From an uncultured Gemmatimonadaceae bacterium (GTDB lineage Bacteria; Gemmatimonadota; Gemmatimonadetes; Gemmatimonadales; Gemmatimonadaceae), in the NCBI GenBank assembly GCA_963716745.1, contig OY970320.1, positions 928,001 through 992,000 on the forward strand: a DNA stretch of 64,000 nt. Direction: 5' to 3'. Below the pieces are notes generated by a model, which saw nothing but the letters and a program-made list of their open reading frames with translations, was not told the origin of the DNA and did not search any database. The position numbers and the translations under genes were made by a program. How positions within the stretch are numbered: position 1 is the first letter of the stretch; each line of letters opens with the position of its first letter. Positions 32,284 to 42,582 of this stretch are shown here, one piece after another.

Positions 32284-34167
32284 GCGGTCGCAATTCGGCG
32301 GTGGGGGAACTGCGGCACACCTTCCGCACGCCGGTGAATCACATCGTCGGCTACACGGAAATGTTGCTCGAAGATCTCCCGCCGGGCGACGAGGAGCATC
32401 GCGAGCCGCTCAAGATCATCCTCGCGGCGGCGCACGATGCGCTGCAGCACATCAGCGCGGTGCTCGTGCCGAGCAGCACGCCGCCGAGCGATGCGGTGCG
32501 GAGATTGTACGACGAGCTGGAGGAACCGCAGGCGCAGATCATTCGCGCGGTCACGTCGCTCATCTCGGCGCATGATCTTGGCGACGCGGCGGCGGACGAT
32601 CTGCGTCGCATCCTGCATGCGGCGGAGCAGCTGCGGCCGAAGGACCTCGAGATCGTGGCGAGTGCGCCGTTGGCGGAAGAAGAGCCCGCGGAGGAGCGCG
32701 CCGCGCGCGTGCTCGTGGTGGACGATGTGGAGGACAACCGTCAGCTGCTGAAGCGCCGGCTCGAGAAGCAGGGTTACGCGGTGAGTTGCGCGGAGAACGG
32801 ACGCGTTGCGCTCGAGATGGTGGAGAGCGAGATGCCCGATCTCATTTTGCTCGACATCATGATGCCCGAACTCGACGGCTTCGCGGTGCTGGAGCGTCTC
32901 AAGGGAGCGAAGCGCACGCGCGACATTCCGGTGATCGTGATCTCGGCGCTGGACGATACGGCGAGCGCCGTGCGATGCATCGAGCAGGGCGCCGAGGATT
33001 TCCTGCCGAAACCGTTCGATCCCGTGCTGCTCAAGGCGCGCGTGGGCGCGAGCATCGCGCGGAAGCGCGCGCGCGATCAGGAGCGCGCGGTGGCGCTCGC
33101 GGCGGAGAGCGTGGCGACCGCGGCGGCGGCGGTCGAGGCGGGCACTTACAAAGCTGGGATGCTCGCCGACGTGGCGCGGCGTCGCGACGCGGTGGGCCGT
33201 CTCGCGCGCGTGTTCGACACGATGGCGACCAACGTGCGCGCGCGCGAGCAGCAATTGCACGAGCGTGTGCGCGCGCTCAAGACCGACATCACCAAGGCGC
33301 GCGAGTCGAACGCCGGCGGTCCGGGCGGGCTCGCGCCGATCACGCTGCAGACCGGCGAACGCATCGCGAACCGCTATGAGATCCTCGCGACGCTGGGCCG
33401 CGGCGGCATGGGCGCCGTGTTCCGCGCGAGAGACAGCGAGCTGGGCGAGGAGATCGCGCTCAAGACGCTGCGCAAGGAGAGTGTCGCCGACGAAGCGACG
33501 ATCGAGCGCTTCAAGAGCGAGATCCGCCTCGCGCGGAAGATCACGCACCGGAACGTCGTGCGCACGCACGATCTGGGCGAATACGACGGCGGCTATTTCC
33601 TCACCATGGAATTGGTGGAGGGGATCACCGTGCGCGAGCTGATCGACACGCGGGGCGTGCTGAGCATGGAGAGCGTGCTCGCGATCGGCACGCAGCTCGC
33701 CGACGCGCTCGCGGCCGCGCACGCGGAGGGCGTGATCCATCGCGACGTGAAGCCGCACAATTTGCTCGTGGACGGCGAAGGCGTGCTCAAGGTGATGGAC
33801 TTCGGCGTCGCGCGCCTCACCGACCGCGCGGGCGCGGGACTCACCGAGATCGGCTTGGTGGTCGGTACGCCGGCTTACATGCCGCCCGAGCAGCTACTCG
33901 GCGAAGAAGTGGACAGTCGCGCCGATCTCTACGCGATGGGCGTGGTGCTGTTCGAGGCGGCGACGGGGAAGCTGCCGTTCGAGGCGGCGACGGCCATGAC
34001 GCTGATCGCGAAGCTGCTGAAGGAAGAACCGCCGACTGCCAAGAGCGTGAACGACGCGGTGCCCGTGGCGCTGAGCGAGCTCATTGCGCTGCTGCTGGCG
34101 AAACGGCCCGACGCAAGACCGCGGACGGCTGCGGAGGTCCGAGATAGGTTGAGTCAGAATGGCCTGA
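32280..34167 (+). CDS. DHp-like/receiver/Hanks-type Ser/Thr kinase fusion
   Basis: [58 protein letters not shown] track runs to 34304 through a repeat; probable true stop 34165-34167. Confidence 0.88.
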
Positions 34168-34282
34168 CGACGCGGGAAGCGGGAAGCGGGAAGCGCCGCG
34201 GGATACGCGATAACTGCGCGATGGGCTCCTCGCGCACTTCTCGCATCCCGCGGCGCTTCCCGCTTCCCGCTTCCCGCGTCGT
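34167..34282. repeat. GCGGGAA-unit palindrome
   Basis: GCGGGAAGCGGGAAGCGGGAAGCG...CGCTTCCCGCTTCCCGCTTCCCGC between convergent genes. Confidence 0.9.
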
Positions 34283-34645
34283 TAGTTCTTCGGCCTGTAC
34301 GTGAACCAGTAACTCCCCTTCGCCGGGTGCCCATCAGTCGCAGCAGTCTTCCACACGACGAGATAGGTTCCCGCCGCCAGAGGCGCCGGGATCTTGCCGG
34401 CCACTGATTTCTTGTCGTCCGTCGCGGCGATCACGAGCTTCGCGACGACGCTGCTGTCGGCTCTCTCGAGCACGACGCTCGTGAGACCGAGCTCCGGCTC
34501 CTCGGAGAACCAGAGCCTGATCTGCGTGGGCGCCGTCACACAGTCGACGCGATGCCCGGATCCGCCTTATAGAGCTTTGTATGGAAGAAGGAATCCGTGA
34601 CGGGGAATCGAGAGCAAGTAGCGCAGAGGCCAGTGATTTCAGCAT
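34282..34645 (-). CDS. copC: Copper resistance protein CopC family (frameshifted)
   Basis: APTQIRLWFSEE..YLVVWKTAATDGHPAKGSYWF. Confidence 0.78.
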
Positions 34646-34670
34646 GTGATCTCCGAGAAGGATGTCGTTC

Positions 34671-34737
34671 CCATCTTGAAAATCATGTTAATCCTGTCAA
34701 ATGCTTTTGACATGATTCACATGATTCACATGATTTC
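34671..34737. repeat. AATCATGTTAATCCTGTC / ACATGATT repeat
   Basis: Same family as 58366-58463. Confidence 0.75.
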
Positions 34738-34739
34738 AA

Positions 34740-36305
34740 CTACCGCGCGTACATGCTCGAGTTCCGGAGCACTTCCGTGCATTCCGGCCACGCGACGGCC
34801 GCTCCTGTCTTCGGGTCCTTGAGCTCCACGCGATCGCGCGGCATCGTCGCGTCGTCCTCGCTCGCGAGGTACGCGAGCATCGCGACGAGCGTCGCGTTCT
34901 TCTGCACTTCGGCCCACGCGATCTTGTCGTACGTGTCGCGATTCGTGTGCCACGTATAGGAGAAATAGTCCCAGTTCGTGCTGCCGAGTCCGAACGCGGG
35001 GGCGCCGTAGCAAATGAAGCTGGCGTTGTCCGTGCCGCCGCGGCCGGGTGCGCCGGGCGCCGTGATCTTGATGCCGGCGGTGACGCTGTCGGGCATCTCG
35101 GCGAACCACCGTCTGAAGAACGGCTCCGCGCCGGTGAGGCCCTGGAGCCCGACCTGCGCGACGTGCCCGGTGCCGTTGTCCTGATTGAAGAGCGCCTGCA
35201 TCGAGTCGACGATCGCCTTGTGATCGGCGGCGTAGGCGCGCGATCCGATCAGCCCTTCCTCTTCGCCACTCCAGTGGCCGGAGATGATCGTGCGCTTGGG
35301 ATTCGGGAGCACGATCTTGAGGATGCGCATCGCTTCCATCATGACGATCGTGCCGGTGCCATTGTCGGTGGCGCCGCTCGAGCCATCCCAGCTGTCGAAG
35401 TGCGAGCTCAGCATCACGACTTCATTCTTCTTCGCGCCGCCGGGGATCGTCGCGATCACGTTGCCCACCGGCACTTCGCCCTGGAACGCGCTCGTCGCGT
35501 TCACGCGCACGCGCGGATGCTGGCCTTTGGTCGCGAGGCGCGACATGAGTCCGAAGTCCTCACAGCTCGCGTCGATGAGCGGCATGGTCTTCGTGCGCGC
35601 GCCGAAGATGCGGTCGACGCCCCAGCCGCCGGTCCACGTGTTTCGGAACGCGCCGAGTGCGCCGGCATGCTCGAGCGAATCCGGCAGATCGCGCACCGTG
35701 ACGCCGGCGGCGCGCAGACTCCGCGCGAAGGTCGAATCCGCGGCGGCGCGCGCGGTCTTCATGTCGGAGTATTCGGCGGGCGTCGCGTTCACGGCCCACG
35801 TGGTGTCGGGGCGGCAAGTGGGCTGGCCGACGGAAACGAGCACGAACTTGCCTTTCACCGTCGCGAGGAAGTTCTGGAGATCGCCGGGCGCGAGGAAGGT
35901 GGGCATCGCGACCACTTCACCTTCGACATCCTTGCCGCCGGTGCCCGGGCTCCATGCGAGCATGATCGCTTCGAGCGAGCGCACGCGCGGCGCGATGAGA
36001 TCGACATGCGTGGGGCCGCGCATCCAGCTGCGCCACGTGCCGTAGTCCTCGACTCTGGCGCCGATCCCCCACGCGGCATAGCGCGAGATGATGTACGCTT
36101 GCGCGCTGCGCAGATTCGGACTGCCGGTGAGGCGCGGGCCGATGGAGTCGAAGAGCGGCTGCGCGAAGCTCGCCATTTGGCTCGAGTCGCGCTCGATGTC
36201 GCGGATGCGCGTGATCGCGGATTCTGGGGCGTGGATCGTGGCGGTCTGGGCCACCGCGGCGGGCGCGATCGCGCAGAGGAGCAGCGCGGCGAGACGATTG
36301 GTCAT
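34740..36305 (-). CDS. M28 family peptidase (carboxypeptidase Q-like)
   Basis: IGPRLTGS, SHFDSWD, GATDNGTG, GEEEGL, WHTNRDTYD. Confidence 0.93.
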   Translation of the reverse strand: MTNRLAALLLCAIAPAAVAQTATIHAPESAITRIRDIERDSSQMASFAQPLFDSIGPRLTGSPNLRSAQAYIISRYAAWGIGARVEDYGTWRSWMRGPTHVDLIAPRVRSLEAIMLAWSPGTGGKDVEGEVVAMPTFLAPGDLQNFLATVKGKFVLVSVGQPTCRPDTTWAVNATPAEYSDMKTARAAADSTFARSLRAAGVTVRDLPDSLEHAGALGAFRNTWTGGWGVDRIFGARTKTMPLIDASCEDFGLMSRLATKGQHPRVRVNATSAFQGEVPVGNVIATIPGGAKKNEVVMLSSHFDSWDGSSGATDNGTGTIVMMEAMRILKIVLPNPKRTIISGHWSGEEEGLIGSRAYAADHKAIVDSMQALFNQDNGTGHVAQVGLQGLTGAEPFFRRWFAEMPDSVTAGIKITAPGAPGRGGTDNASFICYGAPAFGLGSTNWDYFSYTWHTNRDTYDKIAWAEVQKNATLVAMLAYLASEDDATMPRDRVELKDPKTGAAVAWPECTEVLRNSSMYAR

Positions 36306-36415
36306 TGTCTGAGTGGAGAGTGGGGGTTTGGCACTGGCACGACGCCACAAATGTACGCCCGCCGCGCCGTTCGCGTTGCCCCTAAGCTAACTCCGCGCGG
36401 CGATCCGTCCACGCG

Positions 36416-36811
36416 GTCTCCGTCCCACCCGTTCCATCCGTTCGATCCGTGTTGAACATGAACCGTGATCTCCGCGCGCTCGCGATGATCCACGCGGGCG
36501 CCTGGGCATCAAGGTTGAAGTTTCGACCGGATCAACCGGATGATCCGGATCTGTCGGATACCTGATCGCGCAAGTCGCGCTTCTCGGGTTCGAATGGTCC
36601 CCGTAGTTGTTGTTAACAACCGATCGATCGTTTCGCACCCGCACGACCTTAGCACGCGCGTTAGAGTATCCGATCGATCCGGATCATCCGGTTGATCCGG
36701 TCGAAACTTCAACCTAGATGCGCGCGCGCCCGCGCGGATCATCGCGGGCGCGAGGGAATCACGGTTCATGTCTTACGCGGATGTGACGGATGGAACGGAT
36801 GGGACGGAGAC
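36416..36811. repeat. ~396-bp non-coding inverted-repeat element (MITE-like)
   Basis: Arms ~36416-36561 and ~36666-36811 are imperfect reverse complements. Confidence 0.85.
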
Positions 36812-36834
36812 AGCAGCGACTGATCTCCGGGAGA

Positions 36835-38305
36835 TCAGTCTTCTTGATCCTGGCAGTGACGACCTGGATAGGTGATGGGCCACTGCTGGGCGCCGGCCAT
36901 GCGGATCGCCTCCCAGCGGCGCGCGTTGTACTCGTACCATGCGCCGGGCGCGAGTTCGCAGCGTTTGCTCACGCGCTCTTTGAGCATCGTGGTGAGACTG
37001 TCGGCCAGCACGGGGGGCAGCGACGCGCGCGCAGCGAGGAGCGATGGCATCGCGTCCATCGACAGTCCCGACGCGAGATAGCGCACATCGAGTTTACCGC
37101 TGCTTGCGAAGCGTGCGACGTTCTCGCGCACGACAAAGGCGCCGGTGTTCCAGTAGATGAGCGCCGCGAGCGCGACGGCGCCCACCACCGCGCCGCGACG
37201 GGCGAGGCGGCGCGCGTCGAGGCCGCGCGCGATCTCCCACACCGTGAGCGCGAGCGCGATCCACACGCACACCATGAACGTCTGCGCCCAGAGACGCGGC
37301 ATGGTGTAGCCGTAGGCCGATTCGTAGAGCGCGATGCGACGGAACGCGGACAGGACCACGAACGCGGTGAGCGCGAGGAGCGCGAGACTCAGCGCGCGCG
37401 CGGCGCGTTCCTGCCCCGCTCCGCCGCGCGCAGCGCGTCGTCTCGAGCACCACGATGAGCACCGTCACGATCGTCGCCGCTGTCGTCAGCTCGGCGAAGC
37501 CGCTATGCACCCACTCGGCGTACGTGACACCCGAGCCCGTGACGGCCGCGGGATTCCCGAACATTACCGGCAGCTGCAACACGAAGAAGGCGGCGAAGAG
37601 CGCGGTGACCGCGCCGAGCACGATGAGCCGCTCGGTGATGGATGCGCGCGCGAGCGGCACGAAGGCGGGGTCGCCCGAGGTGACGGCTTCGCGCGACGCG
37701 AGGCCGAACGCGCCGAGTGAGAGCACACCGATCCCGGCGGCGAAGATGAGGCGCGGGATGAAGGTGAGCTCGCGGATGGCGTCGACGATCGCACCACCCC
37801 AGCTCGAGAGGTGCGGATCCGCGGCGGCCAGCAGCAGCCAGAGGAGGATGATCACCGGCACCGCGAGCATCGTGCCGCGCAGCACCGGCATGCTGCGCTC
37901 CGCGTTCGCGGATTCGGCGAGTTCGCCGACTTGGTCCCAGGATTCGTGCGCGGTTTCGAACGCGCCCACGAGTGGAGCGCTCGCAATGAAGATGGCGCCG
38001 GCGCTCGCGGCCGGCACGCCGGCGGCGATGCGCGATGCGTAGGCGAAGAGCAGTACGTTCGCGACGACGATGAAGAAGTGGAGCGCTGGGCTGCTCGTGA
38101 TCGTGGCGCCCGCCGAGATCACCACGGCGAGCGCGAGCGGCACCGCGATGTCGCGCACGGCGGCGGGGCGCGTCGCGAGCGTGTAGTAGCAGAGTGCGAG
38201 CGCGGCGGGCGCGGTCCAGAGGAGCCAATTGAGGCCCGGTTCGGCATCGAACTCGATCGTGGCGGCGATCAGGGAGAGAACGAGAGCGGCGATCCAGATG
38301 CTCAT
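36835..38305 (-). CDS. DUF4153/DUF4173-type membrane protein (frameshifted)
   Basis: PGLNW, LLAAADP, TYAEWVHSGFAEL, LYESAYGYTMPR, LDVRYL..LSMDA. Confidence 0.8.
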
Positions 38306-38338
38306 GTGAACCCCAGATTTAGACGTTAGACCTAGACG

Positions 38339-39049
38339 CTAGACTGCGATGAGCGAGCCGAAACGACGGTCGCGGGTGTGGAAATCACTGACGGCTCTCG
38401 CGAGGTCGTCTCCCGTGAAGGCGGGCCACATGACATCGGTGAAGTAGAGCTCGGCGTAGGCGCATTCCCAGAGCATGAAATCGCTGAGGCGGCGCTCGGC
38501 GCCGCTGCGGATCAAGAGGTCCACGGGTGGCGCGGCGGAGAGTTGGGCGTCGAGCGCTTCGCGCGTGAAGGGCGCGTGGTGCTGGGAGAGTTCGCGGGCG
38601 GCGCGGAGGATCTCGTCGCGTGCGGAGTAGTCGATGGCGATGCGGAGGTCGAGCATGGTTCCGCCGCGCGTGATCTGCTCGGCGCGCGCGATGAGCTCCG
38701 TGAGCACGGGTGGCAGCCGGTCGCGGCGGCCGATGACGGTGAGCTGCGCGCCGTGCTCGGCGAGCCGACGGCTCTCGGTGAGGAGATGGCGCCGGAAGAG
38801 ACGGAGGAGGATCTCGACCTCGAGCGGTGGGCGGCGCCAGTTGTCGGAACTGAAGGCGTAGAGCGTGAGCGTGGCGATGCCGAGCGTTGGCGCGGCGGTG
38901 ACGACGCGGCGCACGGCGTCGGCGCCGGCGCGGTGGCCGGCGGCGCGGGGGAGGCCGCGGGCCGTCGCCCATCTTCCATTCCCGTCCATGATCATGGCGA
39001 CGTGGAGTCCGCGTTCAATAGTACTTTGTTCTGTAAAGCTCAATGACAT
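38339..39049 (-). CDS. uppS: Undecaprenyl/polyprenyl diphosphate synthase
   Basis: HVAMIMDGNGRWA, YAFSSDNWRRP, DLLIRSGAERRLSDFMLWE. Confidence 0.93.
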   Translation of the reverse strand: MSLSFTEQSTIERGLHVAMIMDGNGRWATARGLPRAAGHRAGADAVRRVVTAAPTLGIATLTLYAFSSDNWRRPPLEVEILLRLFRRHLLTESRRLAEHGAQLTVIGRRDRLPPVLTELIARAEQITRGGTMLDLRIAIDYSARDEILRAARELSQHHAPFTREALDAQLSAAPPVDLLIRSGAERRLSDFMLWECAYAELYFTDVMWPAFTGDDLARAVSDFHTRDRRFGSLIAV

Positions 39050-39071
39050 GTGAAATAGTCTCAGCTTTGTT

Positions 39072-39112
39072 GCGTTCGGGATTCGGGACTCGGGACGCGC
39101 CGCGGGATGCGC
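39072..39112. repeat. CGGGA(C/T)T heptamer tract (half element)
   Basis: GCGTTCGGGATTCGGGACTCGGGACGCGCCGCG. Confidence 0.75.
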
Positions 39113-39124
39113 AACCGCAGACTG

Positions 39125-39511
39125 CTACGGGCGCATCTTTGCGATCAGGGACTCCATGTGCGACAAATACCTGTTCAACGCCGCACGGCCGGCGGCGGTG
39201 AGTTTGTAGTCGGTGCGGGGGCGGCGGGACTCGAAGCGCTTCGTCACGTGAACGTACTTGGCGTCCTCGAGTTTCCGGGCATGTACGCTGAGATTCCCAT
39301 CCGTGGTGTTGAGGATGTCGCGCAGTTCGGTGAAGCTCAGGGTCTCGTTCGCGGCGAGGGCGCTCACCATGCCCAGGCGGAGACGATGATGGATCACTTC
39401 GTCGAGGGCGAGCGGAGCCGAGGCGGCCGCCTTCCCCGCGATCGCGCGGAGGGCGCGCGACAGCTCGGGCGGATCGGCGGCTGGGCGCCGGGCGGCGTTG
39501 TGCTTAGCCAC
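39125..39511 (-). CDS. Winged-helix transcriptional regulator (HTH_34 type)
   Basis: LDEVIHHRLRLGMVSAL..TDGNLSVHARKLE..YKLTAAGR. Confidence 0.88.
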   Translation of the reverse strand: MAKHNAARRPAADPPELSRALRAIAGKAAASAPLALDEVIHHRLRLGMVSALAANETLSFTELRDILNTTDGNLSVHARKLEDAKYVHVTKRFESRRPRTDYKLTAAGRAALNRYLSHMESLIAKMRP

Positions 39512-40086
39512 CGTGCCGCACCGCAATGAAGAGTCCGAAGAGCAAGTTGAGTCCTCCGAAGCCCGCAATCAGATAGGCGTTGCCGAGCCAGTCGGGCGAG
39601 GCGAGGGCCGCGGCGCCGAGCGCGAGGAAACAGGCGCCCATGACGGGTACGGCGCGGATCGAGAAGACGCCCCCCGCCATGACGCCAGCGCCGTAGCAAA
39701 CGAGCCACGCCGCGGGCAGGAGCGTGAGCGAGCCGGTCTGGACGATCGCGACCGTGAGGATGGCGCCCGCGACGATCGCCGGGGAGAACGCGAGGACGAA
39801 TTTCCGGATCGCGGGATTGAGCACCGCCTTGCCCGCGCGCCGCGTCTTGAGCAGCGTGGCTCCCGTGCCGATCGCGGCGCCGGCGACTGCGGCCGTGATC
39901 CAGACCGTGAGCCACGCGCGTCCGGTGGGCTGCGTGGCCGCGACGAGGCCGGCGGCGATCCCGACGCCCCCGACCGCCGCCTGCCCCCAGCCTGAGAATG
40001 GCCGTGAAGCCGGCGGCGGACTCCATGGTCTCGCGGATGAAGGCGAGATCCTGGGTGGCGCGGTCGTGAAGGCTCAGGTGGGGCAT
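39504..40086 (-). CDS. Hypothetical membrane protein (frameshifted)
   Basis: LHDRATQDLAFIRETME..WLVCYG..GFGGLNLLFG; overlaps the regulator start. Confidence 0.75.
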
Positions 40087-40093
40087 GGGGGTC

Positions 40094-40141
40094 AATCTGG
40101 GACGCCTGGCTCATTTTGTCAAGTACTTTGTGACGCAAAGT
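40094..40141 (-). promoter_or_regulatory. Promoter TTGACA-N17-CAGATT with adjacent operator ACTTTG-N5-CAAAGT
   Basis: Perfect palindrome 40125-40141 just upstream of -35 (40122-40117); variant copy at 39023-39039. Confidence 0.65.
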
Positions 40142-40174
40142 GCAATGAGGCGGGATGAGCCCAAGCACATCCTA

Positions 40175-40278
40175 CGTTCGGGATTCGGGGCTCGGGACTC
40201 GCCGCAATGTGCGGGACGCGGGAGATCTCACGCGCAGCCCGCGTCCCGCGGCGAGTCCCGAGTCCCGAGTCCCGAACG
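40175..40278. repeat. CGGGACT-unit palindrome
   Basis: CGTTCGGGATTCGGGGCTCGGGACTCGCCGC...GCGGCGAGTCCCGAGTCCCGAGTCCCGAACG. Confidence 0.9.
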
Positions 40279-40351
40279 CCGTGCACCCTTTGGCATTGCG
40301 CAGTGTCTCAGGACAAGACACAACAATGAACCCTCCCTCCGTGAGCCAGTC

Positions 40352-40811
40352 ATGCGCCTCGCCGCCCTTCCCGCCCTCCTGATCGCCGCCTCGCTCGGCG
40401 CCCACGCCCAGGCCTTCGACTCCATGCAGCAGCGCGGCAAGATGGCGATGGGGGTGGATCAGTACACTTCTACCCACGTGTTCGATGATCTGCCGAACGG
40501 TGGGCGCATCGAATTGCAGCGCGATAGCACCGACTCGGCGGGCGTCGCGAAGATCCGGAAACACTTCGCGGAGATCGCGACGGCGTTCAAGGGTGGCAAC
40601 TTCAGCTCGCCGGAGTTCGTGCACGCGCAGAGCGTCAGCGGCACGGGCGTCATGGCCGCGAAGCGCGCGGAGATCACCTACACGGTGAAGGACCTCCCGC
40701 GCGGTGCCGAATTGCTGATCACGACGACCGATCCCGCAGCCGTCGCGGCGATCCATGAATTCTTCGAGCTTCCAGCGCCACGAGCATCATTCGGGGGGAA
40801 TGACGCACTGA
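40352..40811 (+). CDS. Secreted hypothetical protein (frameshift near end)
   Basis: Signal peptide; MGVDQYTSTHVF..GGRIEL..F..PEFVH; shifted end FQRHEHHSGGMTH*. Confidence 0.7.
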
Positions 40812-40818
40812 CTGCTCA

Positions 40819-40915
40819 GGATGCGGGACCCGGGACTCGCCGCGATGTGCGGGACGCGGGAGATATCACGCGCATCCCGAGTCCCGCGGCGAGTCCCGAG
40901 TCCCGAGTCCCGAAC
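40819..40915. repeat. CGGGACT-unit palindrome, second full copy
   Basis: Closely similar to 40175-40278. Confidence 0.9.
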
Positions 40916-40962
40916 ACGACAGGGCTTGGGGCCGGTAGCACGCGGCAGCATCTTACGGTCCG

Positions 40963-41815
40963 ATGAAGACCGTGCTCTTCGCCACCAGCAAGGACTACCC
41001 CGCCCTGCACGCCGACGACCGCGTGCTCGTCGACGCGCTCGCACCGCTCGGCGTGCGCGCGATCCCGCGCGTCTGGAACGCGCCCGGCGCCGCATGGGAC
41101 GATCCGGTCGTGATTCGATCGGCGTGGGACTACCACTTGCATGCCTCGGAATTCCTCGAGTGGGCCGAGCGCGTAAGCGCGCGCGTGCGGCTGCTCAATC
41201 CGATCGCGCTCGTGCGATGGAATGCGCACAAGACGTACCTGCGCGATCTCGCGGAGCGCGGAGTGGCGACGGTGCCCACGCTCTGGAGCGAAGGCGGCGC
41301 GCTCGGCGAGTTCGGCGCGGAGCTCGAAAGGCGGGGCTGGGGCGAGATCGTGATCAAGCCGGCGGTGGCCGCGAGCGCGCACGGCGCCAAGCGGTTCTCG
41401 CGCGCGAATCGCGATGCGGCGCGTGCGCATTTCCAGTCGCTCTCGCGCGCGTGGCGAGGTGCTGGTCCAGCCGTACCTGCCCTCGGTGGAGACGTACGGC
41501 GAGCGGTCGTTCATCCACATCGAAGGGCGCTTCACTCATGGCGTGAAGCGGCAGGCCGTGCTCAGCGCGCCGTTCGAGATGGAAGCCCCTGCCCCGCGCG
41601 TGGAGCCATCGGCGGCCGAGCGGGCGTTGTGCGAGGCGACGCTCGGCGCGCTGCCGGAGACTCCGCTATACGCGCGGATCGATATGGCACCCGACGAACT
41701 GGGGACGCCACGGCTCATGGAACTTGAGCTCATCGAACCTCGGCTTTACTTGCGCGAGGAGACAGACGCGGCAGCGAGAATGGCGGAGGGGATCGTCGAA
41801 AGACTAGAGGCGTGA
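40963..41815 (+). CDS. ATP-grasp (RimK/glutathione synthetase-like) protein (frameshifted)
   Basis: IRSAWDY, WNAHKTYL, VIKPAV, LVQPYL, YARID, LMELELIEP. Confidence 0.85.
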
Positions 41816-41996
41816 CTCGTAACCCGAACGCCGTGAGTACCGAGTCGTGCGTCGTGGACCACGCACGGCGTGAGTACCGAGTCGTGCGTCGCAACCGTGC
41901 GTCGTGAGTCGTGCGTCGCTAGCGTAAGTCGTGAGTCGTGAGTCTTCCAGTCGCCACACGCCACGAACGGTTGCGACGCACGACTCGGTACTCACG
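41811..41996. repeat. CGTGAGT/GTCGTGC-unit repeat element
   Basis: CGTGAGTACCGAGTCGTGCGTCG twice direct and once inverted; same family as 49066-49310. Confidence 0.85.
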
Positions 41997-42007
41997 CTTC
42001 TTGAACC

Positions 42008-42526
42008 TCAGGGCCAGGGTTTGTCTCCCCGATCCTTGTCGGCCAAAGCGGAGAGGTGCACATCCGCGTATTCCACGCCGGTCGCCGTCCCGGCGGCTTT
42101 GCCCGCGCGCGCATAGTACAGCGTGAGCCGCGTAGTCCTCGTTTGCCAGATCACTTCGCCGAGCCCCGAGTCCGTGGTGTCCTCGCGCGTCGGCGCGCCG
42201 TACATGCCGTTCAGGCGAAAGCGCATCGTCGAGTAACGACGATCCTCCGGGGGCGTCGTGAATGCGAACAGCGAGTCGCGGATGAACGCGCAATCGAATT
42301 GTTGCATCCCGGGCAGACCGCCTCCGCCGGCCTCCACGGTGTCGATGAACGCCTTCGCGCGCGCCTCGTGTGCGCCGCAATTCTGCTTGGGCGTGCAATC
42401 GGGCAACTCGTGGGTGAGACGCGTGAATGCCTGCACGGGCATCCCGAGCTTCACCGGCCCAACGGCGCGCGGCAGCGGCAACGCCGCGGCCGCCAGCATC
42501 CCTATGATCACAACACTCCGCATCAC
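42008..42526 (-). CDS. Secreted hypothetical protein
   Basis: Signal-like N-terminus, AGGAGG RBS, 172-aa ORF. Confidence 0.65.
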   Translation of the reverse strand: MMRSVVIIGMLAAAALPLPRAVGPVKLGMPVQAFTRLTHELPDCTPKQNCGAHEARAKAFIDTVEAGGGGLPGMQQFDCAFIRDSLFAFTTPPEDRRYSTMRFRLNGMYGAPTREDTTDSGLGEVIWQTRTTRLTLYYARAGKAAGTATGVEYADVHLSALADKDRGDKPWP

Positions 42527-42582
42527 GCCTCCTGTTGCAAGGAGGTTACTTTCTGCGCCGGCTATCGCGCAAGCTTTTTATT

